Shown: piece after piece, positions 37,891 through 47,320 of the stretch
Layout: the number at the start of each line of letters is the position of its first letter
How positions within the stretch are numbered: position 1 is the stretch's first letter
Assembly: GCA_965222115.1 (NCBI GenBank)
Contig: CBDCTJ010000005.1
Span: forward strand, 32,001-96,000
Source: Planctomycetota bacterium
GTDB lineage: Bacteria > Planctomycetota > PLA2 > JAEUHO01
Length of the DNA: 64,000 nucleotides
Direction: 5' to 3'
The notes under the pieces: generated by a model
Database searches by the model: none
What the model saw: only the letters and a program-made list of their open reading frames with translations
Told to the model about the DNA's origin: nothing
Made by a program: the position numbers and the translations under genes

Positions 37891-40605
37891 ATGAATGGCA
37901 GCCCCTTCCTACGAGCCGTAGACAGTTCGTTTCTGGGCGCCCGCGTGGAAACGGGCCCCTGGCAATGGGCCAATATGCCGCCCGCCTGGTTGCTTGCTCT
38001 GCTCGTAATTGTCGGCTTTCTTGGCATACGTTCGATTTACGCCCAGGAACGTGGCAAGGCCACGCCGCTGGGCCGTTTCTTTCTCGCCTGTTTGCGCACC
38101 ATCAGTTTGATCCTGATCTTCTTGGTGTTGGCGGGGCCGTATCGCGAAGAGCGCACCACCATGACCGAACGCTCCCACCTCGTGGTGCTCGTTGACTCGA
38201 GTGCAAGCATGGCGGTCAAGGACAGTTATCCTGAAGAACAGGCCGAGAAGTTGCTCGCGGCTGCGTTTCCAAACAGTGCGGATCGCCCCCGGGAACTCGA
38301 CCTGAGTCGCGGCGAATTGGTCAAGAAGGTGCTCACGGCGGGCGACGGGAGCGCCCTGACTACGTGGAACGAGCGGTTCGTGCTTCACACCTTCGCGTTT
38401 GATAGCGATTGGCGAAGTCTTGGCTCCACCGAATTGAAACGCGGCGCCGATGGTGCATCGGGTGACGACACCTCCGACGAAGGCGCGCCTGACGCAATCA
38501 AATCCATGCGCGAGAAGATCCTTGCTACGCCCATGGACGGTGGACGTACGCGACTGGGTGCGGTCCTTCGAAACGTGGCCAACGAATTTGCGCGCAGGCA
38601 AGACCAAGACTTGGCCGGCGTGATTCTCATCAGTGATGGCCGGGACACGAGCGACGGTGAGGCGCCCACGGAAGTGCTCGCCTCCCTCGGCGCCTTGCAA
38701 GAAGCGCTCAAAGTGACGGCGGTGGGCGTGGGCAATCCCGCCAGTGGCAAGAATCTCTGGCTCGAACGCGTGCGTGCGAAGGAGGTCGTGCTTGTTCGCG
38801 ATGAAGTCATCTTCGAATCGGCTCTTCGCCACACGGGCTTTGATGGCGCACCCGTGCAGGTCTCCATGAAGGTCGAGCAAGTAGCCGATGCCAAAGGCAA
38901 TGCGATCGAACCCCGTGAATACAAGTTGCCAAGTAAAGCTCTCAAACACGCCCGCGCCGACATTGACGCCCTCGGCGTAGGTGACGAATCCACGCCGGTC
39001 CGTCTGCGCGCGCCCTTTGATCGCGCGGGCACGTTTCGGGTGACGCTCAAAGCGCGGCTTCGAGACGATGTGGATCGCCGCGCCGATTCGGTTCCGGAAG
39101 ACGACACGAGTGTGCACGAGTTGCGCGTGATCGATCAGCGCATCAAAGTTCTCTTTGTGGACCACCGCCCGCGGCGCGACTGGCGTTTCCTCTCCGACTA
39201 CCTCACGCGCGAGCCCCCCGACACGTTGGTGGGCGACGACGGCCCGTCCAAAGGGCGCTTCCAAGTGCACGTGTTGATGCAGTTGGCCGACCCGTCGTTC
39301 CGCCAACCGTCAAGTCCGGGTGAGCGACCCATTCGCGCATTTCCGCGCACGCGTTCCGAGCTCTTTCAATACGACGTCATCATTTGGGGTGACGTGAAGT
39401 GGAATACGCTCGCACCATCGACGGAAGCGTGTCGTGAAATCCTGCAACTCGTGACCGATTTTGTGGATGAGGGCGGCGGCGTCGTGCTCCAGGCCGGCAC
39501 CGACAACAATCCCATTGAGTACCTCAATACACCGCTAGCGCAGTTGTTGCCCATCACGGTGCGCCGCAGCGACATCGCCGGCGATGAAGACTTGACCAAA
39601 CCGTTTCGATTGGACCTAACCGCCGCGGGCGCGGCACATCCAATCTTTCGCGTCGTGGAAGCTATGGACGGTGGCGTCCCGTCACCGGAACGCGTGGCCC
39701 AAGTGTGGCGCGGCGAAGACCCAACGTCAGAAAACTGGATGTGGTACTGGATGTATCGCGCGCGCGGCGGTTTGCGTCCCGGCGCACTGGATCTCGCCCG
39801 CATTCGGCCCGGCGGTCGCACCGATTTGAAAGACGACCGTGGGCGCCCACTCGTTGCCTTTGCAACGATGAACTACGGCAAGGGCAAAGTCTTTTGGTCG
39901 TCGCTCGACACGGTGTCGCGCATTCGCGACGGCCAGGGCAACCGCGTGTACGGCCCGTTCTGGGAACAGGTCATTCGCTACCTCGCAACCTACCGGCTGC
40001 TCGGCGGCAACAAGCGCTTCAAGATCTTCACCGACAAAGAGAGCTACTTCGTGGGAGAAACCGCCAACGTCACGTTTACGGCCCTTGATCAATACTACGA
40101 GCCGCTCGAAGACGACATGCTCGACGGGGTACACATTGAACGCGTCGACAAGGGGATGGTGCTTAGCAGCAAGGCGCTTGAGGGCGATCGACGACCCGAG
40201 AGTTTGCGCGATGAAGGTATTCCCGGCAGCTACCGCCTCTTGCTGCCGCTCCGTCAACCGGGCACCGTGCGTATCTTCATTGATCGTAGCGATGAAGCGG
40301 GACGCGGCGAACGCGCCGAGCGACGCATTCAAGTCAACTTCCGTGCCAAAGAAGACATCTTAAAGGTGCCCGATCACGAGCAACTGCGCGAAATCATGCG
40401 CGCGACCCATGGCAAGGGCGTGGAACCCAAGTTGCTTGCGCTTCACGAACTGAACGATTTCGTCGCCACCATGAAGACGCAGCCCCGCGAAAAGGTACTT
40501 GACCGCAAGGAAGAGACGCAGTGGGACAACTTATGGACGCTACTCCTCGCGGTGGCGCTGTTGGCGTTGGAATGGGCGCTGCGCAAGCGCTGGCAGATGG
40601 TGTAG
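37891..40605 (+). CDS. vWA + glutamine-amidotransferase-like domain membrane protein
   Basis: 'VLVDSSASM', 'LISDG', 'YDVIIWGD', 'FVDEGGG', 'YGKGKV', C-terminal 'LEWALRKR'. Confidence 0.85.
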   Translation: MNGSPFLRAVDSSFLGARVETGPWQWANMPPAWLLALLVIVGFLGIRSIYAQERGKATPLGRFFLACLRTISLILIFLVLAGPYREERTTMTERSHLVVLVDSSASMAVKDSYPEEQAEKLLAAAFPNSADRPRELDLSRGELVKKVLTAGDGSALTTWNERFVLHTFAFDSDWRSLGSTELKRGADGASGDDTSDEGAPDAIKSMREKILATPMDGGRTRLGAVLRNVANEFARRQDQDLAGVILISDGRDTSDGEAPTEVLASLGALQEALKVTAVGVGNPASGKNLWLERVRAKEVVLVRDEVIFESALRHTGFDGAPVQVSMKVEQVADAKGNAIEPREYKLPSKALKHARADIDALGVGDESTPVRLRAPFDRAGTFRVTLKARLRDDVDRRADSVPEDDTSVHELRVIDQRIKVLFVDHRPRRDWRFLSDYLTREPPDTLVGDDGPSKGRFQVHVLMQLADPSFRQPSSPGERPIRAFPRTRSELFQYDVIIWGDVKWNTLAPSTEACREILQLVTDFVDEGGGVVLQAGTDNNPIEYLNTPLAQLLPITVRRSDIAGDEDLTKPFRLDLTAAGAAHPIFRVVEAMDGGVPSPERVAQVWRGEDPTSENWMWYWMYRARGGLRPGALDLARIRPGGRTDLKDDRGRPLVAFATMNYGKGKVFWSSLDTVSRIRDGQGNRVYGPFWEQVIRYLATYRLLGGNKRFKIFTDKESYFVGETANVTFTALDQYYEPLEDDMLDGVHIERVDKGMVLSSKALEGDRRPESLRDEGIPGSYRLLLPLRQPGTVRIFIDRSDEAGRGERAERRIQVNFRAKEDILKVPDHEQLREIMRATHGKGVEPKLLALHELNDFVATMKTQPREKVLDRKEETQWDNLWTLLLAVALLALEWALRKRWQMV

Positions 40606-40614
40606 TCTCTCGTC

Positions 40615-43600
40615 ATGCGATATGTCTTCGGTCGAGATCGTACGTCGAAAAGCCGCATGCTCATTCGACGTCGCGTCGTGCTACTCGGTGTTGTTGTAGG
40701 CATCGCACTTGGTGCTTCCCACGTTCGTGCCAAGGATGACGAACTCGAACCCGCTGCCCTCGGCTTCCTGTTTGCGGTTCGCGATACGCCCGCAGCCCGG
40801 TTTACGTTGGAAGAAGCGCGCGATGCCCTAGAGGGCGGACGAACCGTGCAGGCGCTGCGCGCGATTCAACGCGTGCTCGACACGATGTCGAACGACTTCT
40901 ATCTCATGCCCGAGGAGTCGAGTCGCAAGTCGGTGTTATGGCGGAGTGCACCCGAAGTGGCGCGCAGCTTGCTCGAAGGCCTGTCGCCGCAGCATCGGCA
41001 AACGTATGCCAACATGACCGAGCCACAGGCAAAGCCGCTCTTTGAACGTGCGCTACGCGCTGGCAGTGAACACGACCTCAATGAGGTGCTTCGGAGGTTT
41101 GGCGCAAGTCCTGTGGGACTTCAAGCCGCGCGTTTGCTGGCCGAGCGCGCGTTGGGTGAGGGTCGTTGGCGCGATGCTGCCCGCGTTGCACGCGAAGGAC
41201 TGCGTTTCGCGCCAAAGGACGCTGGTCTATGGGCTCGGTTGCTCGATGCCGTTGGCAAGTTGGACAATCACCGCACACTCAAACGCATGCAGGCGCCTGA
41301 CGATGTCACGCTAGGGCTTCGCGGACGTTCGAGGACGGCCAAGGCCTATCTTGCGGAGCTGTTGAAGAAGAGCCATCGCAGCGCTGCGCTACGCGATTGG
41401 CCCACGCTGGCAGGCAACGCATCCAGGGATGCGGTCAACAGTCACATGCCGTCGCGTCCTTCGCATTTGCGTGCCCGCGAACGGATGGCATTCAAGTTAC
41501 GCGAAGACGATCCCCCCAATCGTCGTCGCAACTATGGGTTCATGTCCGGTGGACGCAGCAATGCATCGCTCAGCGCTCACCTAAAGACCTTTCGCCCCAT
41601 CTTTCCCGTCAACGAAGGCCGCAACGTCTATGCGTGTGACGGTCGCACGGTGCGCGCATTTGACCTCTACAGCGGCCGAAAACTGTGGCAGTTTGATGCG
41701 CGCCGTGCGCCGCGATCACTCAATGTGGTCGAGCCCCACGATGAAGCCCTGGGACGTACGAGTCTCGAACGTGTCTTTTCGCCCACCGTGGCAGGCGACA
41801 CGGTGGTTGCCACGCTGGAAGTGAAACGCCCCTACGAACGGCAACAGCTTCATAACGTGTCCATCACCACCTACCTCCCCCACCGTGTTGTCGTCGCACT
41901 CAACAAACACAGTGGCGCATTGCTATGGTCGATGGCCGACAAGGGACTCAGCCGACTGACCCTTGCCGACGAATCCGTCATTGCGCCAGTGGCGATCTCC
42001 GAGGGACTTGTGATCGCCGTGACAAGTCGCCACGAAGGCAATCACAACGTCTCCATGATGGCGTTTGATCTTCGCAGCGGCGAACTCCGTTGGCGCCGAT
42101 CCTTGGGAAGCGGGCAACAAGAACTCAACTTGTTTGGCTACCCCATCAAAGAACCCGCGGGAACTACGCTTGCCGTCGCGGACGGCGTGGCCTACGCATC
42201 ATCGGGTCTTGGATTTATCGCGGCGGTCGACATTCGAACCGGGGTACCACGCTGGCTCGCATCCTATGAGATTGACGAAATCGAACCGGTGCGGCATTGG
42301 TACACCGCGCCGCGGCGCACATTGCGCATGGCACCCTCGCCCGCCATTGTGCGCGGCGATGCGCTGATCGTGGCGGCCTCCGACGCGAAGCACGTACACG
42401 TGTATGACCGAAACTCCGGTGTCCTTCGCTGGCGTCACCCGTATGTGCGCGGTGGCATGCGCCGTGGATCATTGGGACAACTCATTGGTGTCGCCAACGA
42501 CGGCAAACAAGACGTCGTGCTCGTTAGCGACGCGAGACTGCGCGCGCTTGCACTCGACGGCGTGAATCAAGGCAAAGAAGTGTGGTGGGGCCGGTTCGAT
42601 CCAGAAGTTGCCCACGGCATCGGTCGCGGCGCCGTCGTCAAGAACGAAGTCTTGGTGCCAACGGTTGAGGGATTGCAGCGATTTTCATTGACTGGCCACG
42701 GCAAGTTCTTGGGTACGTCGCCTTGGCCCGCAGGCGCGGCACCGGGCAATGTGTTGGCGCTGAGTCACGTCCTTCTCATTAGCGGCTCAAACTCCATACA
42801 GTGGTTCTTTGACTGGAAGGACATTGAGCGCGACATAGCCACGCGCCGGCGCGAGCGCCCCAAAGATCCGTCGGTCTTGATCGAAGCGGGGGAGCTCTAC
42901 TTGCGCGGTGGCGGTGCCACCCAGCGAGCGCGCACCTCATTTACCGAGGCCCTGCGTATGCTCAAGGGCGCAGCCAACAAGTCGCTGGCGCGCCGGGCGG
43001 AAGAAGGGCTCTTTCGCGCATGGATGGACGACGCACGCAAGGTGCTGCCCACCAATCCGAAGAAGGCTCGCAAGCACTTTGCATCGGCCTTGAAGCATGC
43101 CAAGACGCCGCGAGACATTACCGAAGTGCGCCTGGCCCAGCATCAAGCGTTCCAAGGCAACTTCGACGCCCAGGCCGAGAACCTTCGCGCCTTGGCCGAC
43201 GCCGTAGGTGACGCGCGCGTATCCCTTCAACCGACCGACGCACCGATTCCGGTTCGAGCCTATGCATTGACTCAGTTGGCCGAACTATATCTCGGACGCG
43301 AAGACGACGATAAGGCCAATGCGAAAAGGGCCGTGGACGTATATCAAGAGATCATTCGACTCCACCCCAAGTCGGACGACGATGCCGACATGTGGAATGC
43401 GGAACTCGCGGCCGGCGCCATCGACGACGTGATCGATGAGTATGGGCGTGAGGTGTACGCTGCGCACGAACGCAAGGCGCAGGCGCTGCTGAAGAAGAGC
43501 GCAGTGGGTGGCGATCTCGATCAACTCGATCGATTGCTTCGAGAGTATCCCAATGCCAGCGCCGTATCCCAGGCCATGGTCAAGCGCGCCGAAATCCAAC

Positions 43601-45156
43601 TTGCGGGCGGCGATGCAGAGAAGGCCTCCGCGACATTGCGCGACATTTTGAGCGAAGGCACCACCGAAGACCTCACGCCAAGCATTGTTGCGGGTCTCTA
43701 CCTTTGCTATCGGGAGTTGGGCGCAGAGGGCGCGTCACGCACAACGGCGCAACGACTTGCGACGGAGTTTGCCAGCACCTCCTTTAGCTGGGCAGGTAAG
43801 GACTACACGGGGCGACTCCTACTCAAGGCCTATCCACGCGCCAATCCGCCCTCCAAAGCAACGAAACCAAACGCGCGACCGACCATTGAAGGCCCGCTCC
43901 GCGAAGTTCACTTCGAACCCTCCGGCGAAGACGTGGCGCGTTCGGTACTTGTCGAGATGGACCCCGACGACCCGGGCGGCTTGCCGCAAGTCCCCTACAG
44001 CGTCATGGCCTTCGACAACAATGCCGCCGCAATCGACTTGCGCACCGGCAAGGTGGCATGGCGCCAAACGATTGTGCCCATTCAACAGGCCACCTACTCC
44101 AATGGCACGCTGGTTATCGCTGCACTGGGTCGTTTCATTGGACTCGACGCAGCTACGGGTGAACAGCGATGGGATAGGAAGATCAGTGCGCAGCACAAAG
44201 ATCTAGGTTCGATTGGCGGTGTTGTGATTTCGTTGCACCGTCCTCTCGGTCGTTCCTCGTCTACCGTAACGCTCATGGCGATGGATGCGCGCAAGGGCAT
44301 TGAGCTATGGAAACGCTCATTCCCATCCAAGTCGGTACGGCGCTTCTCCACATTCCCCAACGCGATCGTGTTGGAACACGACAGATTCACAGGAGCGCGC
44401 GCGAGCAAGAAACTCGTCGTGGTAGACCCCCTGAGCGGCCGCACGCGCCATGAGATTCGCTTACCGAGCCCTCTCCAACTCCGCACGCCCTATGTAGACC
44501 ATGAGATTTGCGTAGCGGTGGACGGTTATCGTGGCCGCAAGGGCGCCCGTGTACACCTGTTTGATATGCGCATCGGCAAAGAGCGCTTCAAAACCACACT
44601 CACGGGCAAAGCCCAAGTGAAGGCCGTTCAACGCTACAAGGATAAAGTGTACGTGCTGCGCAGTGACGGTCACCTCGTCACGCTCTCCACCGACAACGGC
44701 AAGATCCTTCACGAAACGCGCATTTACCTTGGTGATGGCGTCTTGGTGCGACCGTTCCCTCGCACCGAACTGTTGGTCAACGACACGTCACTCATGATCG
44801 TGCCCTGGACAAGTCGCCAGAACGCAGGCGTACTCTGCTACGAACTCCGCTCTGGCAAGTTGCAGTGGGAACTCCCCTTCGCCGAGAAAATGCGCCATAG
44901 CTACGCCCTGTTAGCACAGCACGGCGATACCCTCGTAAGCGTTACGTCGCATACCAAGCGACGCGAAATGAGCATTACCTTGCGATTGGTGGACCCCAAC
45001 ACCGGCAACGTGCTGTTCACTGCAAAACCTGAGGGCATTTCGCGCGCCAATTGGATGCCCACCGTGATCGTTGGCTACGGAACGCTGGTGGTGTACGGGC
45101 GTTCGGGCTGTAGTGTGTTTCGTGGAGCGTCGGAAGCGCCGCTGAAAGTTCGGTAA
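40615..45156 (+). CDS. Large exported PQQ-like beta-propeller + TPR protein
   Basis: Signal peptide; many 'AFDLxSGxxxW' repeats in two blocks flanking a TPR-like helical middle. Confidence 0.85.
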   Translation: MRYVFGRDRTSKSRMLIRRRVVLLGVVVGIALGASHVRAKDDELEPAALGFLFAVRDTPAARFTLEEARDALEGGRTVQALRAIQRVLDTMSNDFYLMPEESSRKSVLWRSAPEVARSLLEGLSPQHRQTYANMTEPQAKPLFERALRAGSEHDLNEVLRRFGASPVGLQAARLLAERALGEGRWRDAARVAREGLRFAPKDAGLWARLLDAVGKLDNHRTLKRMQAPDDVTLGLRGRSRTAKAYLAELLKKSHRSAALRDWPTLAGNASRDAVNSHMPSRPSHLRARERMAFKLREDDPPNRRRNYGFMSGGRSNASLSAHLKTFRPIFPVNEGRNVYACDGRTVRAFDLYSGRKLWQFDARRAPRSLNVVEPHDEALGRTSLERVFSPTVAGDTVVATLEVKRPYERQQLHNVSITTYLPHRVVVALNKHSGALLWSMADKGLSRLTLADESVIAPVAISEGLVIAVTSRHEGNHNVSMMAFDLRSGELRWRRSLGSGQQELNLFGYPIKEPAGTTLAVADGVAYASSGLGFIAAVDIRTGVPRWLASYEIDEIEPVRHWYTAPRRTLRMAPSPAIVRGDALIVAASDAKHVHVYDRNSGVLRWRHPYVRGGMRRGSLGQLIGVANDGKQDVVLVSDARLRALALDGVNQGKEVWWGRFDPEVAHGIGRGAVVKNEVLVPTVEGLQRFSLTGHGKFLGTSPWPAGAAPGNVLALSHVLLISGSNSIQWFFDWKDIERDIATRRRERPKDPSVLIEAGELYLRGGGATQRARTSFTEALRMLKGAANKSLARRAEEGLFRAWMDDARKVLPTNPKKARKHFASALKHAKTPRDITEVRLAQHQAFQGNFDAQAENLRALADAVGDARVSLQPTDAPIPVRAYALTQLAELYLGREDDDKANAKRAVDVYQEIIRLHPKSDDDADMWNAELAAGAIDDVIDEYGREVYAAHERKAQALLKKSAVGGDLDQLDRLLREYPNASAVSQAMVKRAEIQLAGGDAEKASATLRDILSEGTTEDLTPSIVAGLYLCYRELGAEGASRTTAQRLATEFASTSFSWAGKDYTGRLLLKAYPRANPPSKATKPNARPTIEGPLREVHFEPSGEDVARSVLVEMDPDDPGGLPQVPYSVMAFDNNAAAIDLRTGKVAWRQTIVPIQQATYSNGTLVIAALGRFIGLDAATGEQRWDRKISAQHKDLGSIGGVVISLHRPLGRSSSTVTLMAMDARKGIELWKRSFPSKSVRRFSTFPNAIVLEHDRFTGARASKKLVVVDPLSGRTRHEIRLPSPLQLRTPYVDHEICVAVDGYRGRKGARVHLFDMRIGKERFKTTLTGKAQVKAVQRYKDKVYVLRSDGHLVTLSTDNGKILHETRIYLGDGVLVRPFPRTELLVNDTSLMIVPWTSRQNAGVLCYELRSGKLQWELPFAEKMRHSYALLAQHGDTLVSVTSHTKRREMSITLRLVDPNTGNVLFTAKPEGISRANWMPTVIVGYGTLVVYGRSGCSVFRGASEAPLKVR

Positions 45157-45236
45157 CGCGCCATACGGTGTCAGGAACGAATTCACACTTTTTGTGGAAT
45201 GTGAACGGGTCTTGTGCGGTCGTGTGCAGTTCACCT

Positions 45237-45269
45237 CACGCAGGGGCGCCAAGTTGCAGAGGCGCGGAG
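45237..45269 (+). repeat. Left copy of 33-bp inverted repeat
   Basis: cacgcaggggcgccaagttgcagaggcgcggag; 32/33 identical to the reverse complement of 55547..55579. Confidence 0.9.
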
Positions 45270-45487
45270 GGCGCAAGCGATGGGGAACGCGTATAGCGAA
45301 CGTGCTCAGGGACTGGATGTGGATCGCCGCCTGAAGACGCTCACACGAAGAGCGCTAAGAAACAAAGCGCAAGCGTTGGGTGGCGCGTCTTGGCGAGGTC
45401 GTACACACTCGATGGTGGGACGCAGCTTGAAGAAGAGGCTCTCACCAAGGAAAGGCCAAGGGCACCAAGCGCAACCGGACGCGTAGA

Positions 45488-45591
45488 CACTCCCCTCCTT
45501 GGGTGATCGAAGGGGAATGGCTCCGAAGGAGCCAAAGCTGATAGCTAGGGGTGAGCGAAGCGAACCCTGTGTAAGCGAATCTCTGATTCGC
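45488..45591. repeat. Cluster of REP-like palindromes / hairpins
   Basis: TCCCCT..AGGGGA; GGCTCC-GAA-GGAGCC (45519-45533); AGCT-GAT-AGCT; GGGT-GAGCGAAGCGA-ACCC; GCGAATC-TCT-GATTCGC (45575-45591). Confidence 0.6.
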
Positions 45592-45789
45592 GCCGTGCGC
45601 ATCGAGGGACCGAATCAAGAGCCGCGTCAATGGGTCACACACGACGTCCGCTCAACCGCTCGCACATCCGAGACGACTTGTGTAACGCACGCGTGTCGGT
45701 TGTGTCACGCTCGAATTTATGCAACAAGCGTTCACAACAAACGGTGTTCCAAACTCGCAAAGCCGCAAGCAAGCTATGTTTGAGCGTGA

Positions 45790-45819
45790 TTGACGCGTCG
45801 TTCACACGCGGTGTACTGT
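45790..45819 (+). promoter_or_regulatory. Possible sigma70 promoter for the HEAT-Rhs operon
   Basis: TTGACG-N18-TACTGT followed by an AT-rich tract. Confidence 0.35.
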
Positions 45820-46028
45820 TAAAAACACGATTGTTTTCTTTGTAAAAAACGTTGAGAATTTCCGCGCCACCGGTTGCGCATATCTCTACTGTCGGCCTTG
45901 CGCTGTCGAGAAGCACGCGCACGTCGCCGTGTTCCTCGTTTTCTCCGCAACGAGCGACAGTCACACATATTGGGGTACGTATCCGCGCCAATCGCGGAGT
46001 GGATAGCTTCCCCAGTTAGGGGCACACC

Positions 46029-47264
46029 ATGGCCAACGGCACATTGGATAAGAAGAGGAATCGCGAGCCAAATCGGGGCCGCGAGCGTGAAGTTGGTTCC
46101 TCGGATCGCGTTGATCGCGCGCAGAAGGTGAGGCGCGCTGCACCTGTCGCCGGTGTGATGCTTGTGGCACTTGTAGCAGCGGTGATCACCGCAGCGCCAA
46201 CGCCGTACGAAGCTGATTTGGCGCTTTTGTCCAATGTCGATGCTCAGAAGCGCCAAGACGCGAGCGATCGTCTGGGAAAGGGCGGTAGCGAGCAGGCCAC
46301 AAAGCTCTTGGACGAACTTGCAGGCAAACACTCCGCCGTCACACGCGCCGGTCTTGTGCGCTCCCTTTCAAAGCTACCTGTGGGTGGTGATCACGTGAGC
46401 GCACTTCGTGATCTCTTGGCGAGTGACAACGTCAACATTGCAGCAAGCGCCGCGCTGATTCTTCAGAAGGCGCCAAAGGCACGTGACAAGCTCGTTGCTG
46501 AGCTTGCAGACGTTCTTGCCGATGATCGCGTAGCCGATGGCGTCAAGGCTCGTGCAGCGCGTGCGCTCAAGGGAACCACCGGTGCAGGCGCCAAGGCATT
46601 GGAGGCTGCGGCAGCGGGTAGCGGGCTCACAAAGCTGGCTGCAATTCGTACGATTGGCTTCATCCCAACGTCTGGCCCCGGCAAGCTCGCATCGATCGCC
46701 ACGGATGAAAAACGCGAAGATCGAGATCGAGTTCTCGCGATGCGTTCTCTTGGTGAAGTCACGGGCAGCAACGCGAGTTCTGCTTCTTCCCAACTCAAGA
46801 CGCTCGTGAAGAACACGTCGGGGTTTGTGCGCGAGCACGCCACAGCAGCACTTAGTGCGAGGGGCGAGTCTGGAAACACCTCGACGTTCGTCACGCTTGC
46901 GAAAGACAAAGACGCGCGCGTTCGGCTGGAAGCACTTCGCGCCATTCAGAAGGCGAAGGCAGTTTCAAGCGAGAAATCCACGGTCAAGACGCTGCTATCC
47001 GATTCGGATGTTCGCGTGCAAGAACTTGCCTTGCGTCTCGCGGCCGCTGAGAAGCCGTGGGACTTGTCCGATGTCAAGAGCACATTCGTTTCCGAGCTTG
47101 GTTCCAAGAACTTCAAGATCCGTCTCGGTGCTGCCTTAGCGCTTGCCGCGTATGGCGACAAGGGCGGGCTTCAAACCATGAAGACCGACAAGGATTCATC
47201 CACCAAATCCGTCGCGGCCCAAGCCAAGGCCGCGTACGACCTCATTGACAAAATCGAAGAGTAG
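46029..47264 (+). CDS. Exported HEAT-repeat protein
   Basis: Hydrophobic 'VMLVALVAAVITAA'; HEAT motifs 'DARVRLEALRAI', 'DVRVQELALRL', 'FVREHATAAL'; start may lie downstream. Confidence 0.85.
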   Translation: MANGTLDKKRNREPNRGREREVGSSDRVDRAQKVRRAAPVAGVMLVALVAAVITAAPTPYEADLALLSNVDAQKRQDASDRLGKGGSEQATKLLDELAGKHSAVTRAGLVRSLSKLPVGGDHVSALRDLLASDNVNIAASAALILQKAPKARDKLVAELADVLADDRVADGVKARAARALKGTTGAGAKALEAAAAGSGLTKLAAIRTIGFIPTSGPGKLASIATDEKREDRDRVLAMRSLGEVTGSNASSASSQLKTLVKNTSGFVREHATAALSARGESGNTSTFVTLAKDKDARVRLEALRAIQKAKAVSSEKSTVKTLLSDSDVRVQELALRLAAAEKPWDLSDVKSTFVSELGSKNFKIRLGAALALAAYGDKGGLQTMKTDKDSSTKSVAAQAKAAYDLIDKIEE

Positions 47265-47320
47265 GGCGCAACGCATCACCGAAAACCATCAAGCAAGGTG
47301 TGAGCGAGATTGGGGTAGAC

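Noticed and set aside
37909-39306. 465-aa minus-strand ORF and similar long antisense ORFs (895..1833, 20406..21314, 33290..34222, 34287..35159)
   Set aside because: Shadow frames of well-supported genes in GC-rich DNA, with no motifs
45397-45457. Resemblance to c-di-GMP-I riboswitch (GTGGGACGCA) and RNase P (AGGAAAGnCC) words
   Set aside because: Partial word matches only; the other conserved elements are missing
45619-45653. Group II intron domain V-like stretch (GAGCCGCGT...ACGTCCGCTC)
   Set aside because: The upper stem and GNRA loop do not form, there is no domain VI and no RT ORF
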